From positions 92,382,001-92,446,000 of the forward strand of contig NC_058368.1 of assembly GCF_018350175.1 (NCBI RefSeq): DNA of 64,000 nt, written 5' to 3'. The notes under the pieces were generated by a model. It searched no databases. It was not told the origin of the DNA and worked only from the letters and a program-made list of their open reading frames with translations. This stretch comes from Felis catus. Its lineage: Eukaryota. The position numbers were made by a program, and so were the translations under genes. Below, in pieces: positions 38,621-50,056 of this stretch (positions within the stretch are counted from its first letter, which is position 1; each line of letters begins with the position of its first letter).

Positions 38621-39083
38621 TGAATCCTAAGCAGGCTCTACGCTTAGTGCAGAGACCAATTTAGGGCTTGGTCCCACAACCCTGGGATCACGAACCTAAA
38701 CCAAGAGTTGGACTCTTGGTTAACCGAGTCACCCAGGCACCCTCATGCCCTTGTTAATCACCATCTTGAGAATGTAGAGATCCTGTCCTCCTTCTATATT
38801 CCCATCAAGCAGAATGTGTAGAAGAACGTGTTGTTTAGCATTCAAAGTCAGGCTCCAGGGTGGCCAACCAGAGTGTCTCCTTTGTTTTTATTTTTTTAAA
38901 GTTTTTATTTATTTTGAGAGAGAGAGAGAGAAAGAGAGAACGAGTGGGGGAGGCACAGAGAGGGAGGGAGAGAGAGAAAATCCCAAGCAGGTTTTGTACT
39001 GTCAGTGCACGAATGGTGAGATCATGACCTGAGCTGAAATCAAGAGTGGGATGCTTAACTGAATGAACCACCCAGGCGCCCCT
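38522..39083 (-). mobile_element. Two reverse CAN-SINEs (38522-38742; 38885-39083)
   Basis: SINE motifs; TSD agagtgtctcctttgt. Confidence 0.88.
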
Positions 39084-39633
39084 AGAGTGTCTCCTTTGTA
39101 ACAAACAATGTCCAGATGGCAGGCCTTGATCTCCTTGGAACACTGCGTGCAAGGAGGGGAGGGGCTAGAGATAGTAGCTAGGCTAGCTGCTACACTATAA
39201 AAGCTTGCTGCACATAGATTCTAGCAGCAGGTGCTTTGTTCAGTCTGCCAGTGCAGGACTCCCAGGACATAAGTTCCCACCATAAACCCAGTCTTGTTCA
39301 CTGTCTCTGTGTCTTTGGTCATGGACCATCACCCACCCTTGGCTTAGAGTCTGCCATGGTGTGGCAACAGAGAGGTTACATTTCTCAGCTTTGGCGCTAA
39401 ACAGCTCCATCTTGAATCTTGCCTCTCCCATTACAACTATGTAACTTTGGACTAAGTCACGATCTCAGTCTTTTTGCTGATCTGGAAAATGAAAATAATT
39501 TTACATTGCTCATTGGATTAGTGTCAGTATCAAAGGAGACTTTAAATAATCGAAAAGCTCACTAGTACAGGCTCTAGGAAATAGAGACTTATTGAACCCT
39601 CACCTAAGTGCCTTATGGATTGTTACTTCTTTG

Positions 39634-39828
39634 TAGGGTCGCCAGAAATAGCAAATAAAAATAGAGGACACCCAATTAAATTTGCATTTCATATGCACAA
39701 TTGTATGATACTGCATTTCCATGTTCTTTGCCAGGAGTGCACAGAACATATTTATACTAAAAAATTATTTATTGATTAACTGGAATTCAGATTTGTCTAG
39801 GTGTTCTGTATTTTATCTGGTAACCCTG
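39634..39828. mobile_element. MER53 palindromic MITE
   Basis: agggtcgccag...tattttatctggtaaccctg terminal inverted repeats. Confidence 0.75.
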
Positions 39829-39964
39829 TTCCGAGGTTTCAGATGAGTAATGCAGCTAAGAGAGACTGAGTAATTTGTCCAAAGTCACTCTATTAGTATT
39901 TGGATAACTCGATGCAATTGGGATGAGGGCCCAGGTCATTGGTATCCATTTCAACATCACCTTT

Positions 39965-40150
39965 ATTATTATTTTTTTTGAGAGATAGAGTGATCATGAC
40001 CAAGTGTGAGGGAGAGGGAGAGAGAATCTTAAGCAGTCTCCATGCTCAATGCAGAGACTGAGGTGGGGCTTGATCTCATAACCATGAGATCATGACCTAA
40101 GCCAAACTCAGGAGTTGGACACTCAACTGAATGAGCCACCCAGGCACCCC
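39965..40150 (-). mobile_element. CAN-SINE
   Basis: Reverse SINE motifs. Confidence 0.85.
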
Positions 40151-40319
40151 TAAATGAATTTTGCTAGTGACCAGAATGCCAACAATTCTTTTACCTTCCT
40201 CAGGTAAACATGGGGGAAACCCAGAGATTACTGTCTGGAGTTTATATCAGTATTTAGCACATGTAGTATTTATTAATCAGTATTCTCTTTCTGTCTCTTT
40301 CTCTTGGCTATGTCCTTAG

Positions 40320-40376
40320 ATCCTACAGTTTTTAAAGACATAGATCTTGAATTACGACCCAAGCATTGATCTGTTG
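40320..40376 (+). pseudogene. Candidate exon, phase 1->1 (DPTVFKDIDLELRPKH*SV)
   Basis: Pyrimidine tract plus ccttag|, ttg|gtaagt; one TGA. Confidence 0.6.
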
Positions 40377-41257
40377 GTAAGTTGAGAAAGTACTGATAAA
40401 TGAAAAAAAAAAATTGTATTCCTGTTAACACAATGTCTTACACTGAATGTGATTTATTTTGCCGAGTCGCAGAAGTCAAATGGTTTTATTTTAACTTTAA
40501 AACATTCTTTGATCTTTTGCTTACAATTGGGAAAAAAAAAACAACCCAAAACTTGCTGAGTCACTGTTGAAAATATTAATTTCTTTCCTCCTTTTGGCCT
40601 CCTTTTAAGAGAAAATTACTCAGGAGGGTGACCCTTTGAAACCAATGAAACAGAGTAAAATAAATCTGAGAAAAGAGAAGATAGAAGAGATGGATAATGA
40701 GGATGATAAAAACGCATGCCACTGTGGCATTTTCAAATTACTTGGCAGTCAATTTGACTACTGACTTTGAAATTTATTCATTATCTCAAATGGCTGCTGT
40801 TGTGACATTGCCAGTAGCAACTCCTGCAAATGCCTCAGAAATATTAATAGAATAGGGCTTGCTTGGCACCCAGGACCGTGCCAAGGCCCCTGGGGTAAAA
40901 AGATAATTGAACTAGATCAATCCTGCCCATTGACTCCTGCCCATTCACAGCCATTCCGGGAGGCAGGACATTGCAATCTGAAGGGAAGGGGGGGGTGGGG
41001 AGGGCATAAATCTGGATGGCATGCAGTCAATACTAGGCTGTGTGGTTCAGAATTCAAACTCATCTTACAACTTCTTTACTCAGGTGAATTTCAGCGGATG
41101 AGAACATGCTGAGGTCCATAGCGCTGCTTCCTTAAATCAGTGTGTTAGAATTCTCCCTCGTAGTCTCTTTCATCTACTTTATAAACTGTAGAAGCACAAA
41201 TTTAGGGCAATATTCATCATTTTCTAGTGAGAGGAATTTAAAAAGGGTTTGAAGGCA

Positions 41258-41480
41258 GGGGCACCTGGGTGGTTCAGTCGGTTGAGCACTTAACTCTTGA
41301 TTTTGGCTCAGGTCATGATCTCTCAGTTGGTGAGTTTGAGCCCCCACATCAGGCTCTTTGCACTTACCTCGTGGAGACTGTTTGATTCTCCCTCTCTCCC
41401 TGTCTCTCTGCCCCTCCTCTGCTTGCAATCTCTCTGACTCTCTCAAAATAAATAAGTAAACTTTAAAAAAATAAAAACGA
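41258..41480 (+). mobile_element. CAN-SINE
   Basis: TSD aaaaagggtttgaaggc/aaaaacgatttgaaggc. Confidence 0.9.
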
Positions 41481-41623
41481 TTTGAAGGCCAAGCTGAGCA
41501 TATGAAGTTTAAGGTATTAAATGGTCAGCTCTGTAGCTATAATATTTAATATTAATTTGCTTATGCTATAAATTTAACAATATATCTGTAAAAGGAGATT
41601 ATTTTAAAGACGTTTTTTTCTAG

Positions 41624-41826
41624 GCTCATCTTTTTCCAGAGGACACTTTGTCATCTGCCTACATTAATCTGCCTCATCCGATTACTGAAGATATCACCTT
41701 TCTAAATGCTTATATGATGCCATCAGTGGTTGGGTCACAAGTACCCATTTGCTTACCATTGAAAAAGTTATGAAAAAAATGTATTCTCAGTGTGTTGTTG
41801 AGATCTGTACAACATAACCACTCAGT
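41624..41826 (+). pseudogene. Candidate exon, phase 1->0 (...RYHLSKCLYDAISGWVTSTHLLTIEKVMKKMYSQCVVEICTT*PLS)
   Basis: tttttttctag| and agt|gtgagt; 3 stops. Confidence 0.55.
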
Positions 41827-41923
41827 GTGAGTCTTTCAAAGCTTTCAAATGCTGGTTTACCAAAACATCCTATTGAATTTGTGTTAAATTTATTACTCTC
41901 TAGTATTTTCAGCTGAGTATTCT

Positions 41924-42110
41924 TTTTTAAAAATGTTTATTTTTGAGAGATAGAGTGAGCAGGGGAGGTGCAGAGAGAGAGAGAGAGGGACAGAAGATCT
42001 GAAGCGGGCTCCAAGCTAACAGCAGAGAGCCTGATGCAGGGCTTTAACTCACAAACTGAGATCATGACCTAAACTGGAGTCAGACACCAGACTGAGCCAC
42101 CGGTTGAACC
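41924..42110 (-). mobile_element. CAN-SINE
   Basis: Reverse SINE; TSD tcagctgagtattctt/tcagctaagtactctt. Confidence 0.88.
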
Positions 42111-42154
42111 TCAGCTAAGTACTCTTATACATCCCAAACTAACACTGACTTCGG

Positions 42155-42550
42155 TCATGTCAGGCTATAGTGGCGGAGACTATAATGCTCGCCAAATACG
42201 ACATATCTTTTCCTACATTTCCTAGCCCTCTTGCAATGAGATGAGATTCGGTGAGAGTCCTGGCCAATGCAACGTGAGGGGCAAGTGATTATGTCTCTTT
42301 CTGGCATGGGATAGAGCAAAGTCCTTGGGCAAACTTCTAGTACTGTTGTTGGCAAGCCTCACATTCCACGTGGTGCCCTAACAAGATAGCAGAGGCTGTG
42401 TTGTCCTGGATTCCAGAGTGACCATATGGAATTGAGGTCTGTCAACCCGTGGGGGCCATGTAGTATGAGCAAGAAATAAACAAGTTGTGTTAAGCCAAGA
42501 AGACTCTGATGCTAATTTGTTACCACAGCACGACCTTGTCTACTCTCACT
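42155..42550 (+). mobile_element. Old MLT1-family LTR
   Basis: catttcctagccctcttgca...tggccaatg; gagcaagaaataaac...tgtgttaagcca...tttgttaccacagca. Confidence 0.7.
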
Positions 42551-42866
42551 ATTTGTATAAAACAATAGCTGGGGTGCCTGGTGGGCTCAGTTGATAAAGC
42601 GTGGGACTCTTGATCTTGACGTCATGAATTCGAGCCCCACATTGGGTGTAGAGATTACTTAAAATCTTAAAAAACAAAACAACAACAACTGAGAGAATGC
42701 CCTATCATGTGACATACAATGGTTTAGACTTGAATAAAAAGTCACTCACAATTTAGTAAGAAATAGTTTGAGACCATACTTTACCTTATATGCAAGGCAT
42801 ATAGTATGCCTTTTGCAGAAACAGGAAGCCTGTTAAAGGTCATGTCTTTAAAGAGCCCCTTTTAGA

Positions 42867-43631
42867 AATACAAATCAAAACCACACTCAGGTATCACCTC
42901 ACGCCAGTCAGAGTGGCCAAAATGAACAAATCAGGAGACTATAGATGCTGGAGAGGATGTGGAGAAACGGGAACCCTCTTGCACTGTTGGTGGGAATGCA
43001 AATTGGTGCAGCCGCTCTGGAAAGCAGTGTGGAGGTTCCTCAGAAAAAAATAGACCTACCCTATGACCTACCCTATGACCCAGCAATAGCACTGCTAGGA
43101 ATTTATTCAAGGGATACAGGAGTACTGATGCATAGGGGCACTTGTACCCCAATGTTCATAGCAGCACTCTCAACAATAGCCAAATTATGGAAAGAGCCTA
43201 AATGTCCATCAACTGATGAATGGATAAAGAAATTGTGGTTTATATACACAATGGAATACTGCGTGGCAATGAGAAAAAATGAAATATGGCCTTTTGTAGC
43301 AACGTGGATGGAACTGGAGAGTGTGATGCTAAGTGAAATAAGCCATACAGAGAAAGACAGATACCATATGGTTTCACTCTTATGTGGATCCTGAGAAACT
43401 TAACAGGAACCCATGGGGGAGGGGAAGGAAAAAAAAAAAAAGAGGTTAGAGTGGGAGAGAGCCAAAGCATAAGAGACTGTTAAAAACTGAGAACAAACTG
43501 AGGGTTGATGGGGGGTGGGAGGGAGGAGAGGGTGGGTGATGGGTATTGAGGAGGGCACCTTTTGGGATGAGCACTGGGTGTTGTATGGAAACCAATTTGA
43601 CAATAAATTTCATATATAAAATAAAAAAAAT
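42867..43631 (+). mobile_element. Young 5'-truncated felid L1 (ORF2 C-terminus plus 3'UTR and polyA)
   Basis: Perfect TSD aaagagccccttttaga (42850-42866 / 43632-43648); open frame TPMFIAALSTIAKLWKEPKCPSTDEWIKK. Confidence 0.95.
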
Positions 43632-43770
43632 AAAGAGCCCCTTTTAGATTTGTAAGTAATTATTCATCACACACTAATAAATTATGTTCACCCTAATACC
43701 ATTTCCATCAGGTCTCCTATTTTCCATGTAACCAATAACATCAACAGCTGGTCACTGTATTGTCATTTAG

Positions 43771-43915
43771 AGCAGATTTAGTACAGGACTCTGAAAAATA
43801 ATGGTCTTTAGATTGCTGGCATGGGGACCCACAATTTTCTCAGAAGGTCTGTGTAAACATTTACCCGGATTCATACGCAGGCTCAGAATTGGATGGTTAA
43901 GTGCCAGAATTGTGG
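43771..43915 (+). pseudogene. Candidate exon, phase 0->1 (SRFSTGL*KIMVFRLLAWGPTIFSEGLCKHLPGFIRRLRIGWLSARIV)
   Basis: tgtcatttag| and gtgg|gtaaag; one TGA in 48 codons. Confidence 0.55.
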
Positions 43916-44829
43916 GTAAAGTGGATCCGGAGGCACTTCTATTTGTACCGAAGACAATGTAATATCAGATAATAGACCCTGTCTGTGATAGCAGAATCCC
44001 ATTTCTCCTCAAGGTATTTACCAGTAATTTCCCCAAAGATGCCTCCATGTGTCCACCCAGCAGTTTGTCACCTGTGGGCACCATGCCACGTCTGCCCTTT
44101 CTCGGGCTCTTACTCTAGCTGTCTCTGGCCCACAAAGCTGCTAGATGATGGGAGAACCCCTGCCATTTCCCATCAGGAGGACAGCCCTGTCTGTGCTTGG
44201 GAATTGTCTTCAGAGTCTTCAAAATCCATAAAGTTGTGTATTTTCAGAAGCGTGAGAGCCTTCCCAGCTGTGAGGCACACTGTGTCATTTGGGTCATGGA
44301 GCAATTGTGCTTTGTCTTGAAAATCTCACAGAAGAAAAAAATCTCTAAACAGTATTCTTCTACATTATAATTCTCAGTCTCTTAATAACAGGGTTGGTCA
44401 AACTCAGGAAGCTGGGAGAGAAACAGATAACACCTTTCACACTTTGCAGCTTTTTTCTGGTGTCACACCCCAGCGGAAAACGATTTCCTTCTTCAATGAT
44501 AAAACAAAGTCTGACAGCCTTTCCCTGGACATTGCGCGCATGTGCGTGCACGCATGTGCGTGTGTGTGTCTGGAAGGTGGGAGAATCAGCACCAGCAGAA
44601 GAAGATGTCCCTGTTAAAACTGAAGCCCCCCCCCCCCCCCCAGCATGTGGTTTTACTCTTTTGTGACGGTGACTTGCTTTATATTCTAGAGAGTGTCATA
44701 ATCATATCAGAGAAACCGAGGGCACATGAAAAAGATCAATCTGAGTCTTTCAAATGAAACGAAACATAGGGTTTGTAGAAATCTGAAAAAAGAAAGATTT
44801 ACTTAATGGAAAATCTCCAGGCGGAAGGT

Positions 44830-45270
44830 AAACCACGTGTCCATCAACAGATGAATGGATAAACAAAACATGGTGTATTTAGACAATGGAATATTGTTTG
44901 GCCTCAAGAAGGAAGGAAATTATGACACCGTGCTACCACATGGATAAACCTTGAAAACATTATGCTAAATGAAGGAAGCCAGATGGAAAAGGACAAATAC
45001 TGTCTGATCCCACTTACATGAGGTACTTAAAACAGATAAATTCATGGAGACAGAGGTGGAATGGAGGTTAGGAGGGGCTAAGACGTGGGGGCGGGGAAGG
45101 CAAGCGTTTGTTTAACGGCCACAGAGCGTCTGTTTGGAATGATTGAAAAGTTCTGTAAATGGATGGTGGTGATGGTTTACACAGCATGGCGAAGGTCCTT
45201 CATGCCCCTGAATTGTACACCTAAAAATAGTTAAAATGGGAAATCTTATGCATGTTTAATCGCACACACA
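44830..45270 (+). mobile_element. Old L1 (L1MB-like) 3' end
   Basis: tgtccatcaacagatgaatggataaacaaaa; ggatggtggtgatggtt. Confidence 0.85.
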
Positions 45271-46019
45271 AAATCTCCAAAGGTCCCAATCCTCTGAGTA
45301 TGCAGATCATTCTCATGGAGGAGAAACCAGGGGGTTGAAAGATGCTGATTTGCCTTTGCTAGATGGTCAACTGCTTGAGGACAGGAGTGTTCTCTTGTCA
45401 TTGTAAATGCCACAGTATCTAGGAGAGTGTCTTCACTATACCAAGACTCAATGAATCCCGGCTGAATTGAATTAGATGGTTGCCTACAGGATTTCTCAAT
45501 TTAATTTGCCCTTGGAGGAGAGGAGTAAGTAGGTTTCCTGATCAAATACAGGGAAGTGCTTTTAAAGGCTTGTTTTCTTGGAACAGTTTGTATAGGCTTG
45601 CCAGTGTTTGACTGAGGGCTGCGTGCTTGGAAACTTGGATGGAAGCCAGGCAAAGCAATGAGAGAGAAGCCATAGGTTGAGGAGTGAGTGGTCAGAATTC
45701 AATCTGATGTGGGGCCCTGGCAAAGGGATGTTCAAAGGTTAATAGCACAAAGATATTGGCTTTGAAAAAGAACATTCTTTGAAAGAATCCAAAAGGAACA
45801 AACTTGATTGGAATTGATTGTACAGGATCTCTACTGTGTAAAAAGAGAAGACAAGTGGAAAGCACTTACGTTGGATAATATTCCTCTTTCGCTGCCAGAA
45901 AACACAAGTGACGAAAGCAGCTGATGTTTATAGCAGCTGAACTTTTCCAAAAATTTGTTTAGAAAGACTCTTTTCTTGGATTTTTCCCTTGGACACCAAT
46001 GATATCTCTACCTGCAAAG

Positions 46020-46097
46020 ATAAAATAAAGTAAAATAAAATAAAATAAAATAAAATAAAATAAAATAAAATAAAATAAAATAAAATAAAATAAAATA
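46020..46097 (+). repeat. (TAAAA)n microsatellite
   Basis: About 15 units. Confidence 0.95.
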
Positions 46098-46349
46098 GCT
46101 TTCTGGGAGGTTGCACTTTTAGGGGTCTATAATGTAGCATCCAGATTTTGCAGCATAGCTTGAAACTTTATTTTATAGCAAATTTAATCAAATAATTTTT
46201 CCTTTAGAGAATTCCTTACAGGTAACACATGAATATATTCTCACTGTATTAAAAATTCAGATAGTGGCTGAGTACAAAGAGTTAACATGAAAAGTATACC
46301 CCTTCTAATTCTCCTGCCTGTCTGTCTATCTATCTATCATCTATCTTTA

Positions 46350-46535
46350 TCTGAGGGGGCGGGGAGAGGGGCGGAGGGAGAAAGAGAGAGAGAGAGAGAG
46401 AGACAGGGAGAGAGAGAAAGAGAGAGAGAGAATCTCAAGCAGGCTCCACACTCAATGCAGAGCCTGATGTGGGGCTTGATCCCATGACCTGAGCCAAAAT
46501 CAAGAGTCAGATGTTCAATCCACTGAGCCACCTGG
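46350..46535 (-). mobile_element. CAN-SINE
   Basis: Reverse SINE motifs. Confidence 0.85.
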
Positions 46536-46707
46536 GGAAGGTGCTCCTCTCCTGTCTCTTTTTAACAGTAAGGTTCAGACTGTGTTCTTGCAGATGGCTC
46601 CCTTAGATTTGCACACATGTGTAAATATATACTGAGCTTTTATTTTTATCAATGTTTTTACGTACATGGGATCGAAATTCTTTTTCTAAAATCTGCTTTT
46701 GCTGCAG

Positions 46708-46837
46708 GTTTTGAAAGCAGTGGAATGACTGAAAGAGATAACAGACTTTATGTAATCTACACACCTAAAAACCAGTGTTTGTATCTTGAGGAATTACCTA
46801 CGTTACTTAGATATTTAAAGGAACAAAGCTCGACAAG
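46708..46837 (+). pseudogene. Candidate exon, phase 1->2 (GFESSGMTERDNRLYVIYTPKNQCLYLEELPTLLRYLKEQSST)
   Basis: ctgcttttgctgcag| and aag|gtgatt; no stop. Confidence 0.65.
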
Positions 46838-47308
46838 GTGATTTTCAAGCTATTCGTGTGAAAGGTGTGGAAGTTTATGGGACCAGAAGGTAATAGGAAA
46901 ACTTCCACACAACACAGACATGACGTCTCCTCACTGTGAAGTCACATCTTGAGGCTTACATATGAAAAGTACAGGCAACTTGTTTTTCTCGGACTGGTTG
47001 ATACCTTAAGAAATTAACACCTTTTGTCTCTGTGTGAAGTTCTGCATTTTCCTTCCTCCTCTGTTCATTAAAGTGAGGAATCACAGCAAACTGAATTAAT
47101 TTTCCAAACTAGAACATGCATAATAATTAAAGCCAGGTATTTTGGAGATCTTGAGCCTGGAGAAAATTAGATTAGCTGCAGAATTCCCGTCGAAGTCATA
47201 ACCCTCAATTTAGAGCCTGATTGTATCTAGAAGAGAGAAGGGGTGTTACCTTCAGAATTATTTTCCAATTATTGTGTTACATCTTAAAATATTTTGTTTG
47301 TTTTTTAG

Positions 47309-47336
47309 ATATTTGGGTTTCAACTGGAAAAATCAG
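47309..47336 (+). pseudogene. Candidate small exon, phase 2->0 (RYLGFNWKNQ)
   Basis: ttttgtttgttttttag| and cag|gtgctt; alternative donor tag|gttggt at 47346 is the same phase but adds VL*. Confidence 0.5.
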
Positions 47337-47614
47337 GTGCTTTAGGTTGGTTGCTACGTTGGCACAAGGCAGTCCCTGTCTTTGAGCATTTGATCTACAG
47401 ACAGATGCACAGAGGTTGCATTTTATATCAATATGGTTGGGATGTCTTCCCCCACCTCAAAACATGGAGAATCTCTCCAACTTCTCTGCTTCTCTGCATG
47501 TCAATCTTCCCCAGAGTTCAAAAGGGCTTACAGGGTGGGATGGAGACTCAGCGGGTTTGGGGCCTCAGCTCCTACTTAGAACCACGTCAGCTGCATTTTA
47601 GGATAAGAATCTTG

Positions 47615-47835
47615 TGTCTGGGTGGCTTAGTTGGATAAGCATTCAGCTTCAGCTCAGGTCAATGTCTCGCGGGTCATGAGTTCGAGCCCCGCATCGGGCT
47701 CTGTGCTGACAGCTCAGAGCCTGGAGCCTGCTTCGGATTCTGTGTCTCCCTCTCTCTCTCTGCTCCTCCCCGACTTGTGCCCCCTCTCTCTCTCTCTTTC
47801 AGAAATAATAAATGAATAAAACTTAAAAAGAAAAG
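47615..47835 (+). mobile_element. CAN-SINE
   Basis: TSD aagaatcttgtgtctgg/aagattcttgagtctgg. Confidence 0.9.
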
Positions 47836-48638
47836 ATTCTTGAGTCTGGTGAACCATAGACAGTCAGTAGTCAACACATGTGCATTCCCTCACCTTCCTT
47901 TTTCCTGTGTCAAATGATTCCCAAACAGGTGTGTGCCAACTGACAGTGCTTCGTTTAAAAAAAAAAAATGTTGGTCACTAATAATGCTGTGTACATTTAT
48001 TTTTAATTGCTTTAAACACCTTATCACCCAGCATTTACTAAGTGCCTATTTTGTGTAAAATACTCAGCATTTATTTCCACCTTTTTTTGGCGAGGGAGAA
48101 ATACATACTTTATTACCGTTAGCTTTGGACTTAAGCAGGACCATATAAGCAAAGATATTTGGATGTCATAGGAGATTAGGTGTTTTATGGCTTTTTTTTT
48201 TGTCCTTTGGCCAAACTACCTGTCATCAAGGGGGTTGATTCTTGATGAGCTGGTTTAAAGCAATCAAGGTTTAGGAGGCCAGACTGAGGCAGATCAAGCA
48301 AATAAGTCTGTTAATGATCTGTGCATATGGAGTTTTACAGCTTCCAAAGTGTACCTACTGGTTTTAATTTCTGGGAGCTACAGTTTAAGGAAAACCAACT
48401 TGGATGGCAAAAGATGGAGACGGTATTAAACTGAGGAGGTTCTTAAATGTCTGAAAATGCAAATGACTACGGCATTTCTTAATGAGGTTGCTATTTTTAA
48501 AGACACATACACGAATGCAGCCAATCTGTTTCATAGCACAAGGTGACTTTTATGTTATTGCTCCTTCTTTGCTTTATTTTCTCCTTTTTCTCACCTTCCA
48601 CTTAAGCATTTCTTTTCCCCCTCTTTTTCTTCCAGTAG

Positions 48639-48783
48639 GATCTACTCAGCTATGGCAACTGGGTTAGGAAGCACAGATTAGGAAATGCTCTTGGTTTGCC
48701 TATGCTGGTCAAGAGGTTTCAGGGGTCTTCCATTGGATTCCTGGAGGTCAGCAATGGCCACCTTCATATTTGGAAAGATTCAG
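48639..48783 (+). pseudogene. Candidate exon, phase 0->1 (DLLSYGNWVRKHRLGNALGLPMLVKRFQGSSIGFLEVSNGHLHIWKDS)
   Basis: Strong pyrimidine tract, cagtag| NAGNAG acceptor, cag|gtgaat donor; 48 codons with no stop. Confidence 0.65.
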
Positions 48784-48959
48784 GTGAATAGGAACACTGC
48801 TGGGGTTTAGAAGATGTAGGTGTGAGAGCCATACATGCATTAACAGTTGGGTGAACTAAGCAGGTGATTTGATCTCTCTGGGCTGCCATCTTCTTAGTCT
48901 ATAAAGTGGGGGGGGGGGGGGTAGAAGACAAAATTGACACTGACCCTGTGGAGGTCAGG

Positions 48960-49990
48960 TCACAATAGCTATCGAAATTATAAACGCACACACCTTTTGA
49001 TCAATCTCACTTCTGAGAATTCATCCTTCAGATTGTGAAATCAGAGCCGTAACAAGATATTCACTGCTGCGTTGTTTGTATTATTAGAAGTCTAGGAGCA
49101 GCACAGTAGAGGATTGTTAAATGTAGTACATCTGTGCTACAGAATATTACACAGCTGTATTAAAGAGAGAAGAAACTCTTCAGTGCTGACGTGGATGTTC
49201 AGGATACATTGTTAAATGAGAAAATCAAGATTCAGAAGAGTGTGTGTGATGTATAATCTTTTGTTGAAAAGAAGGGAAGAGGGACAAGAATATACATTAA
49301 TGCTTGATCTTACTTGTACGGAGAAACTCTGGAGACCATTTACTTCCTTATTGAGCCTGATCACTGAGGATGGAAACCCCACCGCAGGTCTCCATCGATA
49401 TGACTTTGTTTTTCCACTCTCTCCAGTACCATTTCTTTCCTCTTCTGGGACTGTCATTCCCAAGCAAATGGCTTGATGGCTCATTACAGGAACTTCTCAA
49501 AAGACCCAAGTCCTCATTGGAAAACATCAACCATTTGTGCATTAGGGTTCTGAATCTCTTAGTCTCAAAATCCTCACCTGGATTGTTTCATCAATCCCTG
49601 ACTGTTGTATTGTGATTCTTTACCCAGTCTCGGTCAAGTCTGAGCCTTAAGAGACAAGCCTTAAACCAAACTTCCAATTCTCAATACATTTTTACCTTAC
49701 CTTCCCCTCTCCGAGGAGGCACCACAAAGCTTTGGGCTGTGGTGTCCTCTCTCTCACTGATGCAATGAACTCAGCTTCATCTCATCAACAAACTGTGTTG
49801 GTGATTTAGGCAGAACCAGCTTTTGTTAGGACAAAAAGGGGTTGCCTGGTAGGGTGGCTATATGGGTGTAAGGGAGCTATCGATGATGGAAAGGAGGGGG
49901 GCACGACACTTCAGTGAGTATTTTTGCACTATTTAATCATGTGAATGCATTATTTATTCAAACGTGAAATGCAATAAAAGGAAATCTTAT
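48960..49990 (+). mobile_element. Ancient L1 3' relic interrupted by an ERV1-like LTR (~49320-49805)
   Basis: atattcactgctgcgttgtttgta and ttcaggatacattgttaaatgagaaaa L1 motifs; LTR end aactcagcttcatctcatcaacaaactgtgttggtg. Confidence 0.55.
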
Positions 49991-50056
49991 TTTGAATACA
50001 TAAAAATATAAAATAAAATCAGGGGTTAGTTATTAAGTCACTAAATTTCCTTTCAG

